Below are positions 27,627-37,253 of a stretch of 47,823 nt of DNA, piece after piece. The notes beneath the pieces were generated by a model, which was not told the DNA's origin, searched no databases, and saw only the letters and a list, made by a program, of their open reading frames with translations. The DNA comes from Parcubacteria group bacterium Licking1014_17 (GTDB lineage: Bacteria; Patescibacteriota; Minisyncoccia; 2-02-FULL-40-12; IGHO2-01-FULL-4-A): positions 72,717 through 120,539 of the forward strand of contig VMGJ01000004.1 in assembly GCA_007376485.1 (NCBI GenBank). The letters are read 5' to 3'. Positions within the stretch are counted from its first letter, which is position 1. Each line of letters begins with the position of its first letter. A program made the translations under genes and the position numbers.

Positions 27627-30600
27627 ATGCGTTTTACTCATCTTCATGTTCACACCCATTATTCTTTTCTTGATGGCTTAACCAGAGTTGGCGATCTCAT
27701 GGAGAGGGTCAAGGAACTCGGGATGGACGCGGTGGCGATCACCGATCACGGCGTGCTGTATGGAGCTGTGGAGTTTTATCAGAAGGCCAGGAAAGCAGGC
27801 ATCAGGCCGATTATCGGCTGTGAGATATACGTGACCGAAAATATGAACGCCCGGCAAACCGGCGTGCGCGATTATTTTCATTTGGTATTGCTGGCGGAAA
27901 ACAACGAGGGCTACAGCAATCTGATACAGATTGTCACCAAAGCGCATCTGGAGGGTTTCTATTACAAGCCCAGAACGGACAAAAATTTCTTGAAAGAACA
28001 TTCGGGAGGGCTGATAGCTCTCTCGGCTTGTCTTGCCGGCGAAGTTTCGCGGGCGCTGGCTTCAAACGATGCCGAAAGAGCCAAAAGAGTAGCCGAGGAA
28101 TACAGGAATATTTTCGGCGTGGACAATTTTTTTCTTGAACTGCAGCATCATCCGAATATTGAAGAGCAGAATATCGTAAATCAGCGGATGATTGAGCTTT
28201 CGCGCCAGACCGGCATTCCCTTGGTAGCCACCCAGGATTCCCATTATTTAAGGAAAGAAGACGCCTATGCCCATGACGTTCTGCTCGCGGTTTCAACCGG
28301 CAGCAGCGTTGAAAGTGAAGACCGCCTGACCTTCAAAGATAATGATTTTTCACTCCTGCCGCCGGAAGAAATGGCGAAAAATTTTTCCGGTGTCAGCGAG
28401 GCCATCGAGAACACCGCCAAAATATCCGACCGCTGCAACGTGGAAATCCAGCTGGGTAAAACTTTTCTGCCGGAATTTCCCCTGCCCGGAGGCAAAACCG
28501 CGGATGAATATCTTCGGGGGCTGGCTTACGAGGGACTTGAAAAAAGATACAGCAATCCGTCCGCGGAAATAAAATCACGTTTGGAATTTGAACTTGGGGT
28601 CATAAAGCAGACGCAATTCGCCGCCTATTTCTTAATCGTGCAGGACTTCGTGAACTGGTCAAAAAACAACGGCATTATCGTGGGTCCGGGACGCGGCTCT
28701 GCCGCCGGCAGCTTGGTGTCTTATCTTCTCGGCATTACCAATTTAGACCCCATCAAGTATAATCTCGTGTTTGAACGCTTCCTCAATCCCGAAAGAATCA
28801 GCATGCCCGATATCGATTTGGACTTTGACGACGAACAGCGCGACAGGGTTTTTGAGTACGTTAAGCAAAAATACGGCGCCGACCATTTCGCGAAAATCAT
28901 CACTTTCGGCACCATGGCCGCCCGCGGCAGCATCCGCGACGCCGGCAGGGCTCTCGGCCTTTCTTACGATTTTTGCGACAGAATCGCCAAGCTGATTCCG
29001 TTTAATCCCCAGCAGAACGAAAAATCCGGCTATCTGAAAAAATGCGTTGAGGAGGTAAGCGAGCTGAAACAGCTCTACGAAACAAATGCCGACGCCAAAA
29101 AGCTGATTGACACCGCGATGCAGTTTGAAGGGCTGGTCAGGCACGCCTCCACCCACGCCTGCGCCGTGGTGATTACGCCGAAACCCTTGACCGAATATGT
29201 GCCGCTGCAAAAGGGCACGAATGAAGGCGACATTATCACCCAGTACGAAATGCACGCTATTGAAGACCTTGGATTGCTTAAAATGGACTTTTTGGGCTTA
29301 TCCAACCTTACCATCATCAGGAACGCGTTAAAGATAATAGAAAAAAGGCGGAATATTAAAATCGACGTTGATAATATCCCTCTCGATGACGAAAAAACAT
29401 TCAAACTTCTGCAGAAAGCCGAAACGACGGGGGTATTTCAGCTGGAAAGCGCGGGTATGAAACGCTATTTGAAAGAAATGAAACCCACGGAACTGGAAGA
29501 CATCATAGCCATGGTCGCCCTTTTCCGCCCGGGACCGATGGAACTTATTCCCGAATACATCGCCCGCAAGCACGGCAAAAAACCGGTGGAATATCTTCAT
29601 CATTTGCTGGAACCGGTTTTGAAAAACACATACGGCATAATGGTTTATCAGGAACAGCTGATCCAAGCCGTCAGGGTACTTGCCGGATTTACGCTGGCGG
29701 AGGCGGATGTTTTGCGCAAAGCCGTCGGCAAAAAAATCCGTAGTTTGCTGATGCAACAGGAGGATAAATTCAAAAAGGGAGCCGCCGACGTCGGCACGCC
29801 CAAAGCGATAGCGGACAAGTTCTGGGAACTCGTGGAGCCGTTCAACAGATACGCCTTCAACAGGTCGCACGCCGCCTGTTACGCGATGATTGCTTATGAA
29901 ACCGCTTATCTTAAAGCGAATTATCCCGCCGAATTCATGGCTTCGCTGATGAATTCCGAAATCGGCGATATCGAGCGGGCGGCGTTTTTAATCGAAGAAT
30001 GCCAGTCAATGGGCGTCGAAGTTCTGGCTCCGGATATTAATGAAAGTCTGGAGGGTTTCACGATTGTCACCCCCCCGTCCGAACCTAAAGTAAAAATCAG
30101 GTTCGGGCTCGCGGTAATAAAAAACGTCGGAACCAACGTCGTGAAATCCATAGTTGAAGAAAGAAAAAACAACGGCAGATTCACTTCCATTGAAAATTTC
30201 ATCAGCCGGGTGCAGGACAAAGACCTAAACAGGAAGTCCATGGAGAGTTTGATAAAAGCCGGCGCTTTTGACGGGCTCGAAGAAAGGGCAAGGATTCTCA
30301 ACAATCTCGACCAGATTTTGGGATACGCCAAGGAAGAGAAAAAAGCCAAAGACAGCAACCAGGTAAGTTTATTCGGCGGTTTGCAGATGTCGGCCGAGCC
30401 GGCGCTGCGCCTTAAAGAAACTCCGCCGGCGAGCCGTTCGGAGAAACTCGCGTGGGAAAAAGAACTGCTCGGGTTGTTTGTTTCCGACCATCCGCTCAAA
30501 GCTTTTCAGGAAAAATTGAGCTTGGAAAAAGGGCTGTCGGATATCAAAGATATTGCCGGCGGGGGCAAAGGCGGGCGGGTAAAAATAAGGGGTATTATCA

Positions 30601-30824
30601 CAAGGATACAAAAAATAATCACCAAAACCGGCAAGCCCATGATTTTCACATGGGTTGAGGATTTAACTTCCAAAATAGAAGTCGTGGTTTTTCCGAATGT
30701 TTTGGAACAGAACCCCGAGGCCTTTCAGGAAAACAGGATTGTGATTATTTCAGGCACGCTGAACGACAGGGACGGCGTCCCCAAATTATTGTGCAACGAG
30801 GTCAAAAAACTGGGCAATCTGTGA
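27627..30824 (+). CDS. dnaE: DNA polymerase III alpha subunit
   Basis: PHP domain HLHVHT.YS, GPGRGSAAGS, PDIDLDF, FNRSHA and a C-terminal OB fold. Confidence 0.98.
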   Translation: MRFTHLHVHTHYSFLDGLTRVGDLMERVKELGMDAVAITDHGVLYGAVEFYQKARKAGIRPIIGCEIYVTENMNARQTGVRDYFHLVLLAENNEGYSNLIQIVTKAHLEGFYYKPRTDKNFLKEHSGGLIALSACLAGEVSRALASNDAERAKRVAEEYRNIFGVDNFFLELQHHPNIEEQNIVNQRMIELSRQTGIPLVATQDSHYLRKEDAYAHDVLLAVSTGSSVESEDRLTFKDNDFSLLPPEEMAKNFSGVSEAIENTAKISDRCNVEIQLGKTFLPEFPLPGGKTADEYLRGLAYEGLEKRYSNPSAEIKSRLEFELGVIKQTQFAAYFLIVQDFVNWSKNNGIIVGPGRGSAAGSLVSYLLGITNLDPIKYNLVFERFLNPERISMPDIDLDFDDEQRDRVFEYVKQKYGADHFAKIITFGTMAARGSIRDAGRALGLSYDFCDRIAKLIPFNPQQNEKSGYLKKCVEEVSELKQLYETNADAKKLIDTAMQFEGLVRHASTHACAVVITPKPLTEYVPLQKGTNEGDIITQYEMHAIEDLGLLKMDFLGLSNLTIIRNALKIIEKRRNIKIDVDNIPLDDEKTFKLLQKAETTGVFQLESAGMKRYLKEMKPTELEDIIAMVALFRPGPMELIPEYIARKHGKKPVEYLHHLLEPVLKNTYGIMVYQEQLIQAVRVLAGFTLAEADVLRKAVGKKIRSLLMQQEDKFKKGAADVGTPKAIADKFWELVEPFNRYAFNRSHAACYAMIAYETAYLKANYPAEFMASLMNSEIGDIERAAFLIEECQSMGVEVLAPDINESLEGFTIVTPPSEPKVKIRFGLAVIKNVGTNVVKSIVEERKNNGRFTSIENFISRVQDKDLNRKSMESLIKAGAFDGLEERARILNNLDQILGYAKEEKKAKDSNQVSLFGGLQMSAEPALRLKETPPASRSEKLAWEKELLGLFVSDHPLKAFQEKLSLEKGLSDIKDIAGGGKGGRVKIRGIITRIQKIITKTGKPMIFTWVEDLTSKIEVVVFPNVLEQNPEAFQENRIVIISGTLNDRDGVPKLLCNEVKKLGNL

Positions 30825-30830
30825 TAAGTT

Positions 30831-31340
30831 CTATTTTATCTGCGCGAAAAGAATGACATAATTTTTGCCGTAAACTTTGGCGCACTTCGGGCAGGTAGTA
30901 TAGGAAAAATAAATCTTTTTCAGTTCTTTCCCTTGGTTTTTTACGTACTTTTGCATTTCTATCGCCCATTTGCCCGCGTCCTTATAGGGTCCCTCAAAAA
31001 CTTTTGTTAGGAATGTGCCTGAAATGGTTGCCATTTGCGCGCCCGGAACTTCTTTTGAGACATCAATATAAATATCGGCGCCCCAAGGGGATTTTTCGTC
31101 GGTGAGCATTAATTGGTAAGGCGCTTTGGCCCCCGCTTTTTCAATCAATCCCATGTTTTTTACAATCTTCTTTCCCATATTCAAGGGAATATGCAAAAAA
31201 CTCATAACATGGTCTTTGACGAAGACTTTATTTTCCCAGACTATCTCTTTCACCTGTCCTGAGCCGGTCGAAGGATCCTGCCACGGCTCTGGGTTAAACA
31301 GCTCACAGCAGCCAGTGGACTTTGTTGTTTGGTTTTCCAT
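30831..31340 (-). CDS. Conserved hypothetical protein (GyrI-like fold plausible; C-terminal CPKC)
   Basis: CC..F.PEPW, FEGPYK and YTTCPKCAK.YGKNY. Confidence 0.75.
   Translation of the reverse strand: MENQTTKSTGCCELFNPEPWQDPSTGSGQVKEIVWENKVFVKDHVMSFLHIPLNMGKKIVKNMGLIEKAGAKAPYQLMLTDEKSPWGADIYIDVSKEVPGAQMATISGTFLTKVFEGPYKDAGKWAIEMQKYVKNQGKELKKIYFSYTTCPKCAKVYGKNYVILFAQIK
31253..31274 (-). repeat. REP-like element inserted in frame (PSTGSGQ)
   Basis: CCTTCGACCGGCTCAGGACAGG within WQD-PSTGSGQV-KEI. Confidence 0.7.
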
Positions 31341-31369
31341 AGTTTCTTTAATTTAATATTTTATTTATT

Positions 31370-32185
31370 TTAAAAATGCTTCATTAAGCGGGCGCCGTAC
31401 ATTTTTATATACTCAAAAAATATATAAGACCATCCGTCGGGGTCTTTGAAATAATTTTCTCGCGTGTATTTTACGGAAGGGACCGGATGTCTAATCAAAA
31501 CAGGGTCCCACCCGACAACAGATTTAGCAGCAGATTTAAAAGTTAGGTATGAACGACGCATATGATATGTAAGTGTAATTAAAATAATCTTTTTGGGTAA
31601 AAAGCCAATCTCCCGGAGTTTAGAAATGGAATTGACGGCATTCTCGGGGGTATTTTTTGCCAAAGTTTCAAGAATCAAATTATCTTCGGGGACACCTTCT
31701 TTTTTCGCAATTTCTGCGTAATATTCAGCCTCTGTCACATCAACATCTTTCATATAGGAGGCCTTTTGTCCTGTAGAGAGGATTTTACTTCCAAAACCAT
31801 CCTTCCATAATTTTATCGCTTCATCTACCTTTTGAAGCCCAAATGCTCCAAAAACGAAAATAAGCTCGGCTTTTTCCAGTTTATCTTCCTCGGCTAAATA
31901 ATCCCACAAACGAATCAAGTTGTCTTTGATTCTGCCAGTTAGCTCAGCACTGTTTATTTTTTCAAAACTTCGAGAAACAAGATTTTTCAGAGAGCCGGGA
32001 TTTAAATTATTCAATGAAACAAGAGAGTATGGATCTTCTGAAAAACCGAGGGAACTTAAAGCGTCAGTGAGATATTCAAACCTTATTTTTTCGAACGGCT
32101 CCCGCTCCTTGATTGTTTTTGCCACATCACTAAGATATTTCTTGTCGGTGGGTAAATTGGGCTTGTATTCAGAATCTTTTGGCAT
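31370..32185 (-). CDS. YdcF/DUF218 family protein
   Basis: TEA.YY......GVP, E..A.NT.ENA and YHMRRS motifs. Confidence 0.85.
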   Translation of the reverse strand: MPKDSEYKPNLPTDKKYLSDVAKTIKEREPFEKIRFEYLTDALSSLGFSEDPYSLVSLNNLNPGSLKNLVSRSFEKINSAELTGRIKDNLIRLWDYLAEEDKLEKAELIFVFGAFGLQKVDEAIKLWKDGFGSKILSTGQKASYMKDVDVTEAEYYAEIAKKEGVPEDNLILETLAKNTPENAVNSISKLREIGFLPKKIILITLTYHMRRSYLTFKSAAKSVVGWDPVLIRHPVPSVKYTRENYFKDPDGWSYIFFEYIKMYGARLMKHF

Positions 32186-32244
32186 AAAGGTAAAATTTTT
32201 TGATATTTCGTGGAAAGGGCGAAAAGTACTGAGCTCCGAATAAA

Positions 32245-33045
32245 TTACTGGTCTTCCTTACTGACAAAATCATTATAACGGCTATGGCTGAAAAAATGGC
32301 ATATCCAAATTCGATGGCACCACGGATCTACGACCTTCCTCGCCAGGAAATGATACGGAGACCCAAGTTTCATATTTTGATGGGCATAGTTAAATTCGTT
32401 TATTGCCAGCCTTTCCCCGGTGTAATCATTATATAGTTCTACTTCCTTACCGACAACATTGTCAAAATAACAAAAGACACGGGGCAGGTAATATTTTTCT
32501 CCGGCTTCCAACATTTTCAGAGCAATAGTTGTGGAAGAGTAAAAATCAAAATCGTACGCAATAGCCGCGATTGGCGCCGGATTATATTTCTCAAAAAAAT
32601 CTACGGCTGTTTCCTTAATGTTTCCCAATACCAGTTTTGCTTTTTTCAGCTTTGCTTTTAGCGCCGGAACATCCATTTTGTAAAATCCCTTTTTCCAATG
32701 GTATGGTACATCCCTGTAATCCTGCGGCTCCGGCAGTCCTTCGCCCGTATCAAAACCGTAAATTTCAATTTCTATATCTAACATTTTGGAAATTTCCTGG
32801 GCGTGATACTCAAGATTCAAAAGACCATCTCCCTTGGCCACGCCAAATTCTAAAACGCTTATTCTCTTATATCCCAATTTCTTTGCCAAATTAGCCGCAT
32901 TATAAACACAATAGGCGTATTCCGGACGCTCCAGCGCCCCCGCTTCCAGTCACTGCCGACAGCTGCCGAACTTTTTAATGAGGCGCTTGAAAAGCGTCCT
33001 TAGCGGATACGGTTCAAGAATTAGTTTTTGTAGTTTGGATGGCAT
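32245..33045 (-). pseudogene. TylF/MycF-like methyltransferase-fold gene interrupted by an in-frame TGA at 32950-32952
   Basis: EFGVA.G, YGFDT.EGLP and D.DFYSST motifs; the frame continues upstream of the TGA to an ATG at 33045. Confidence 0.65.
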
Positions 33046-33380
33046 ATTTTCTGTACAATGTGGCAACTGGCGGTGTATTCTTGAAATAGCTCGAACGGAA
33101 TTTTTACCCCGTAGCGAGCTTGCTCTGCTTCGGGGCTGTCCTCGCCGCGCCTTGTGCGGTTCGGAATGGGCGGGCGGGCAAAATGAAAGGCGAAGCCGAG
33201 AACATTAACAATTTCAAGTTTTTAATTGAGTTAAGTATAACTCAATTCAGTGAATTTTTCAATTTAGAAATTATTGAAAAATTAGCTGTCTTTGGCGGCA
33301 AATTCTCGCTCTTTAAAAATGAAAAAGTCGCCCAACAGCACAATGGCTATCGGGCGACCGGACTGACGAACTGATGGTGG

Positions 33381-33818
33381 TCACTGAATCGCGTAGAGCT
33401 TGGCAGCGACATCGTTTCGAGTCTTCAATCCCCGAAACTCATGGTTCTCGCTTCGGCTCGTGACGACCGTGTTGTCTTCCGCTTTCTGCTTCTTCACCAC
33501 GAGCACGAACTGTACACGACCACGCTCTGCCTTGCGTAGGTTCTTCAGGGTAGCCTTGACTTGCTCACCTTCCCCCGAACTGTAAGACCCGTCGCTGTGG
33601 CGAGAAGAGTACCCGCCGCGCACCTCTGTGATGACCTGACCAGTCTTGCTGAGAAGATATACCTTCTCTTCATCGGATTCGTCGGTACCGAGGGCATCGT
33701 TGTCGTACCGAGAGAATGGGACGAGGGTCATGACCTCCTTGGCGGGACCAGCGAACACCACGGAATCACGAGGCACAACGTCTAGTCTTGCCAACCGAAC
33801 TTGCTCACCTACCTTCAT
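33381..33818 (-). CDS. Hypothetical protein (accessory, strong SD)
   Basis: AAAGGAGGTGA 3 nt before the ATG at 33818; TTGACT-17-TATCTT promoter at ~33909-33881. Confidence 0.7.
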   Translation of the reverse strand: MKVGEQVRLARLDVVPRDSVVFAGPAKEVMTLVPFSRYDNDALGTDESDEEKVYLLSKTGQVITEVRGGYSSRHSDGSYSSGEGEQVKATLKNLRKAERGRVQFVLVVKKQKAEDNTVVTSRSENHEFRGLKTRNDVAAKLYAIQ

Positions 33819-34069
33819 GATCTCACCTCCTTTCAAGGTGCAATTTTATCCACCTAGACACCGCGTCTAGGTTTCACTCAAAGATAGCATATTACACAAT
33901 AAAAGTCAATGAGCGGCAACTTGCCGCTCATTGAGAAAAATCAGTATGATTTTTTTTGCCCTTACAAAATATGGTTCGAGCCGATTTGTTTTCAGGTTCT
34001 TTGGCGGTTTGCCTTTTCGCTTCCGCTTCAAAGCGAGGCGGGCGGGAGGGGTGGGATTCGTCCCACACA

Positions 34070-34159
34070 TGGCGGAGAGGGCGAGATTCGAACTCGCGAT
34101 AGGGTTGCCCCTATAGATGCTTTCCAAGCATCCGCACTAGACCACTATGCGACCTCTCC
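34070..34159 (-). tRNA. tRNA-Ser(GGA) with encoded CCA
   Basis: GGAGAGG..GATGC TT GGA AA GCATC, long variable arm ATAGGG-GCAA-CCCTAT, TTCGAAT T-loop and CCTCTCCGCCA end. Confidence 0.96.
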
Positions 34160-34164
34160 GCCAT

Positions 34165-34304
34165 GAGAGGGATTGCGCTTATTTCTGTGCTCGCCATGAC
34201 TAAAACGTCATGACTGCGCTCAGATAAGTCGGGAAAACCCACGGTGCCATTTCTGGTACACGGTCTTTCCATGACTGCCAGTTAAACCACTCCTGCACCT
34301 CTCC
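34165..34304 (-). pseudogene. Second, degenerate tRNA-Ser(GGA)-like gene with a ~60-nt hairpin insertion in the T-loop
   Basis: GGAGAGG TG CAG GAGTGGTTTAA CTG G CAGTC AT GGA AA GACCG, variable arm, CGTGGG TT [insert 34175-34235] AAT CCC TCTC. Confidence 0.7.
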
Positions 34305-34349
34305 AATCACCTTACTATTTTATAATATTTTACGGGTTGTTTGTCCATG

Positions 34350-34478
34350 TTGACTTTTGCTTTCCGGGGGCTTATAAAGATATCAAAGGGTAGGATTAAA
34401 AAATAACTTAGATTTGCCAATTCGACTTTGCTTCACATTTTTACCTCCTTTTTGGCCCGATCCCCGGGTCATTTTTTT
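34350..34478 (+). ncRNA. Candidate small RNA unit: promoter, ~95-nt transcript and terminator
   Basis: TTGACT-17-TATAAA (34350-34378); TGGCCCG/CGGGTCA hairpin plus T7 (34453-34478); no + strand ORF. Confidence 0.45.
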
Positions 34479-34717
34479 ATTTCGAACTCCTCTGGTGCCA
34501 CCAATTGATTTGTTTTCAGCTCTGGTGTACTATTAAATCATTGTTCTCCCGATACTTCACTTTCAAGAGGCCCCCGTTCTACCAAAAGTCCGGGGGCTTC
34601 ACTATATAGAAATAATATAAAACAGCGTGAAAATCGGATTTTTTGATTCCAAGCGGCAATCGTACCCGAAGTAATCCAGTAAAAATACTGGATGCAGATT
34701 GGCTCGCTTTATTAAAC

Positions 34718-35605
34718 TCAAACCCTCAAATCACGGAGCCTTTTTATCCTTTCCTCTATCGGCGGATGAGTGGAAAAGAGATTGGCAAGACTTTTGCCCT
34801 TGAACGGGTTGGCGATAAACAAATGCGCCGTATTGGTTCGCGCTTGCGTCATCTGATAATCGTCTTCGGATATTTTCTGGAGAGCCGAGGCGAGACCTTC
34901 GGGGTAGCGGGTCAATAGCGCACCGGTCGTGTCGGCGAGATATTCTCTCTGCCGCGATACGGCAAGGCGTATCAATGTCGCCGCAATCGGCGCCAGTATA
35001 GCGGCGACAATCGCGATTATGCCGAAGATATTCCCCTTGCCGTTTCTATCGCTTGACTTCCCGAAAAATCCCCAACGGGAACGGATAAAAAAGTCGGAAA
35101 TTATCGCGATAAACCCCGCCAAAACGACGGCGATGGAAGCAATCAGAATGTCCCTGTTCCCGATATGCGACATTTCGTGGGCGATTACGCCCTCAAGCTC
35201 CGTTTTGGTCAGGCGCTGGAGCGCTCCGGTCGTTACCGCCAGCGCCGAATGTTCCGGATTTCTGCCGGTGGCGAAAGCGTTTATCTGGGGACTATCAATT
35301 ATATAAACTTTTGGCATCGGTAGGCCGGCGGTTATGGAAAGATTTTCAACCAGATGGTAAAGGTCGGTATTTTCTTCATGACTTGCCGGATGGGCGCCGG
35401 AAAGCGCCAGTGCGATTTTATCCGAATACCAGTAAGACAAAAAATTGCCGAAGATGCTGAAAGCCACGGCGATATAAAGAATCAGGGGGTTGTTATATGC
35501 CCTTGAAAAAATCCAGCCAACGGCGATTACCAGAACGGCGAAGAAAAACAGGTACAAAATCGACTTTCTGATATTGCTGTCTTTGTAGGTGTATAGGTTT
35601 TCCAT
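34718..35605 (-). CDS. htpX: Zinc metalloprotease HtpX (M48)
   Basis: NAFATGR, HEMSH, SRQREYLAD and FSTHPP motifs. Confidence 0.95.
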   Translation of the reverse strand: MENLYTYKDSNIRKSILYLFFFAVLVIAVGWIFSRAYNNPLILYIAVAFSIFGNFLSYWYSDKIALALSGAHPASHEENTDLYHLVENLSITAGLPMPKVYIIDSPQINAFATGRNPEHSALAVTTGALQRLTKTELEGVIAHEMSHIGNRDILIASIAVVLAGFIAIISDFFIRSRWGFFGKSSDRNGKGNIFGIIAIVAAILAPIAATLIRLAVSRQREYLADTTGALLTRYPEGLASALQKISEDDYQMTQARTNTAHLFIANPFKGKSLANLFSTHPPIEERIKRLRDLRV

Positions 35606-35622
35606 ACCCGTATGTTTTGAAA

Positions 35623-37251
35623 TTATTGAATTGCTTTTTCAATGAAGCCTTTGAATAAGGGGTGGGGAGATAAGGGGCGGGATTTAAATTCGGGATGGAA
35701 CTGGGTCGCCAGGAAAAATTTATGTTTCGGCAGTTCGATTATTTCCACCAGATTTGTTTTGGGATTTGTTCCCGAAACGACGAGGCCGTTTTTTTCCAGA
35801 GCGGAAACGTAATCATTGTTGACCTCGTATCTGTGGCGGTGGCGTTCCAAAACCACTTTTGTGTTGTACAGTTTTCTGGCAAACGTTCCGTTTTTCAGTT
35901 CGCAGGCGTAGCTGCCGAGCCGCATTGTTCCGCCCATATCTTTTTTGGAAATATTAACGGCTTGGTCGGGTATTGTGCTTATTACTGGATGGGGCGCCGC
36001 AGGGTCGATTTCCGTCGAGTGAGCGCCTTTAAGTTTGCAAACATTTCTCGCGTAATCAATGACCGCCATTTGAAGCCCGTAGCACAGCCCCAAAAACGGA
36101 ATATTATGATTCCGGAGATATTCAATCGCCTTTATTTTCCCCTCTGTTCCTCTTGTCCCGAAACCGCCCGGAACAATAACTCCGTGGTAAGACTCCAGTT
36201 CTTTAAGAGATTTGGAATCCTTCTCGTAATCCTCGGCGTTGAGCCAGACAATTTCCGGTTTTCTGCCCAATGACCAAGCCGCGTGTTTCACGGCTTCAAT
36301 GACAGAAATGTACGAGTCTTTTAAAGTGTAAGAGCCGCTGGCGAAATATTTGCCGACTATTCCGATTTTGACCGGCTTAGCGGATTTTTTAATGTTCTCA
36401 ATCAGTTTCTGCCACGCTCTGCCGTTTTTGCTTTTGGGTTTGATCCCAAGTTTTTCTATTAATCTCAAGCTGATTTTATCTTTTTCAAAGTTGACGGGAA
36501 TTTCGTAGATATTTGAAACATCAGGCGCGGAAATGACATCCTCCGGCTTCACGCTGCAGAATATCGATATTTTTTTCTTGCGGATAGCGTCAATCGGCGA
36601 CGACGCTCTGGCTATGATAATATCCGGCTGAATACCGGCGGTATTCAATGTCCTGACCGCGTATTGGGTCGGTTTCGTTTTCATTTCGCCCAAACTGCTT
36701 GGTACGGGCAGGTAACTGACAAGAACAAACAGAATGTTTTCCGGCTTCTGAAGTTTCAGCATTCTGGCGGCTTCAAGATAGACGAGGTTCTGATATTCGC
36801 CAACGGTTCCACCCACTTCCACTATCACGACTTCAGCTTTTGTTTTATGGGCAGCTACGTTCAAGCGCCTTATTACCTCTTCCGGTATATGAGGAACGGT
36901 TTCAACGCATTTGCCTCCAAATTCAAGATTTCTTTCTTTCTGAATTACGGTGAGATAAACTAGACCGCTTGTCATGTAATTGTCTTTTAGAATATTTTCG
37001 TCCAGAAATCTTTCGTAGTTTCCGATATCCTGATCACATTCCATCCCGTCTTCGGTAACAAAAACCTCCCCGTGTTCAATGGGATTCATAGTTCCGGCAT
37101 CAACGTTTAAATAGGGGTCAATTTTTACGGCAGTGGCTCTAATCCCAAGATTTTTTAGAATTCTGCCGATTGAGGCGACCGTAACGCCCTTGCCGATCCC
37201 CGACATTACTCCGCCAAAGATAAAAACGAATTTTGTCTGGTCTCCAGCCAT
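35623..37251 (-). CDS. pyrG: CTP synthase
   Basis: GGVMSGIGKG, KIDPYLNVDAGTM, GLCYGLQ and QFHPEF motifs. Confidence 0.98.
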   Translation of the reverse strand: MAGDQTKFVFIFGGVMSGIGKGVTVASIGRILKNLGIRATAVKIDPYLNVDAGTMNPIEHGEVFVTEDGMECDQDIGNYERFLDENILKDNYMTSGLVYLTVIQKERNLEFGGKCVETVPHIPEEVIRRLNVAAHKTKAEVVIVEVGGTVGEYQNLVYLEAARMLKLQKPENILFVLVSYLPVPSSLGEMKTKPTQYAVRTLNTAGIQPDIIIARASSPIDAIRKKKISIFCSVKPEDVISAPDVSNIYEIPVNFEKDKISLRLIEKLGIKPKSKNGRAWQKLIENIKKSAKPVKIGIVGKYFASGSYTLKDSYISVIEAVKHAAWSLGRKPEIVWLNAEDYEKDSKSLKELESYHGVIVPGGFGTRGTEGKIKAIEYLRNHNIPFLGLCYGLQMAVIDYARNVCKLKGAHSTEIDPAAPHPVISTIPDQAVNISKKDMGGTMRLGSYACELKNGTFARKLYNTKVVLERHRHRYEVNNDYVSALEKNGLVVSGTNPKTNLVEIIELPKHKFFLATQFHPEFKSRPLSPHPLFKGFIEKAIQ

Positions 37252-37253
37252 TT

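Noticed and set aside
27678-30658. Many alternate-frame and antisense ORFs within dnaE (and likewise within pyrG, xfp, hsdR, obgE)
   Set aside because: Shadow ORFs of long coding genes, with no independent start signals or motifs.
32978-33374. Two + strand ORFs (76 and 84 aa)
   Set aside because: They are made of GC palindromic repeat remnants and overlap the antisense 5' end of the methyltransferase-like gene.
33906-34166. ORFs overlapping tRNA-Ser
   Set aside because: Translation of tRNA and repeat sequence.
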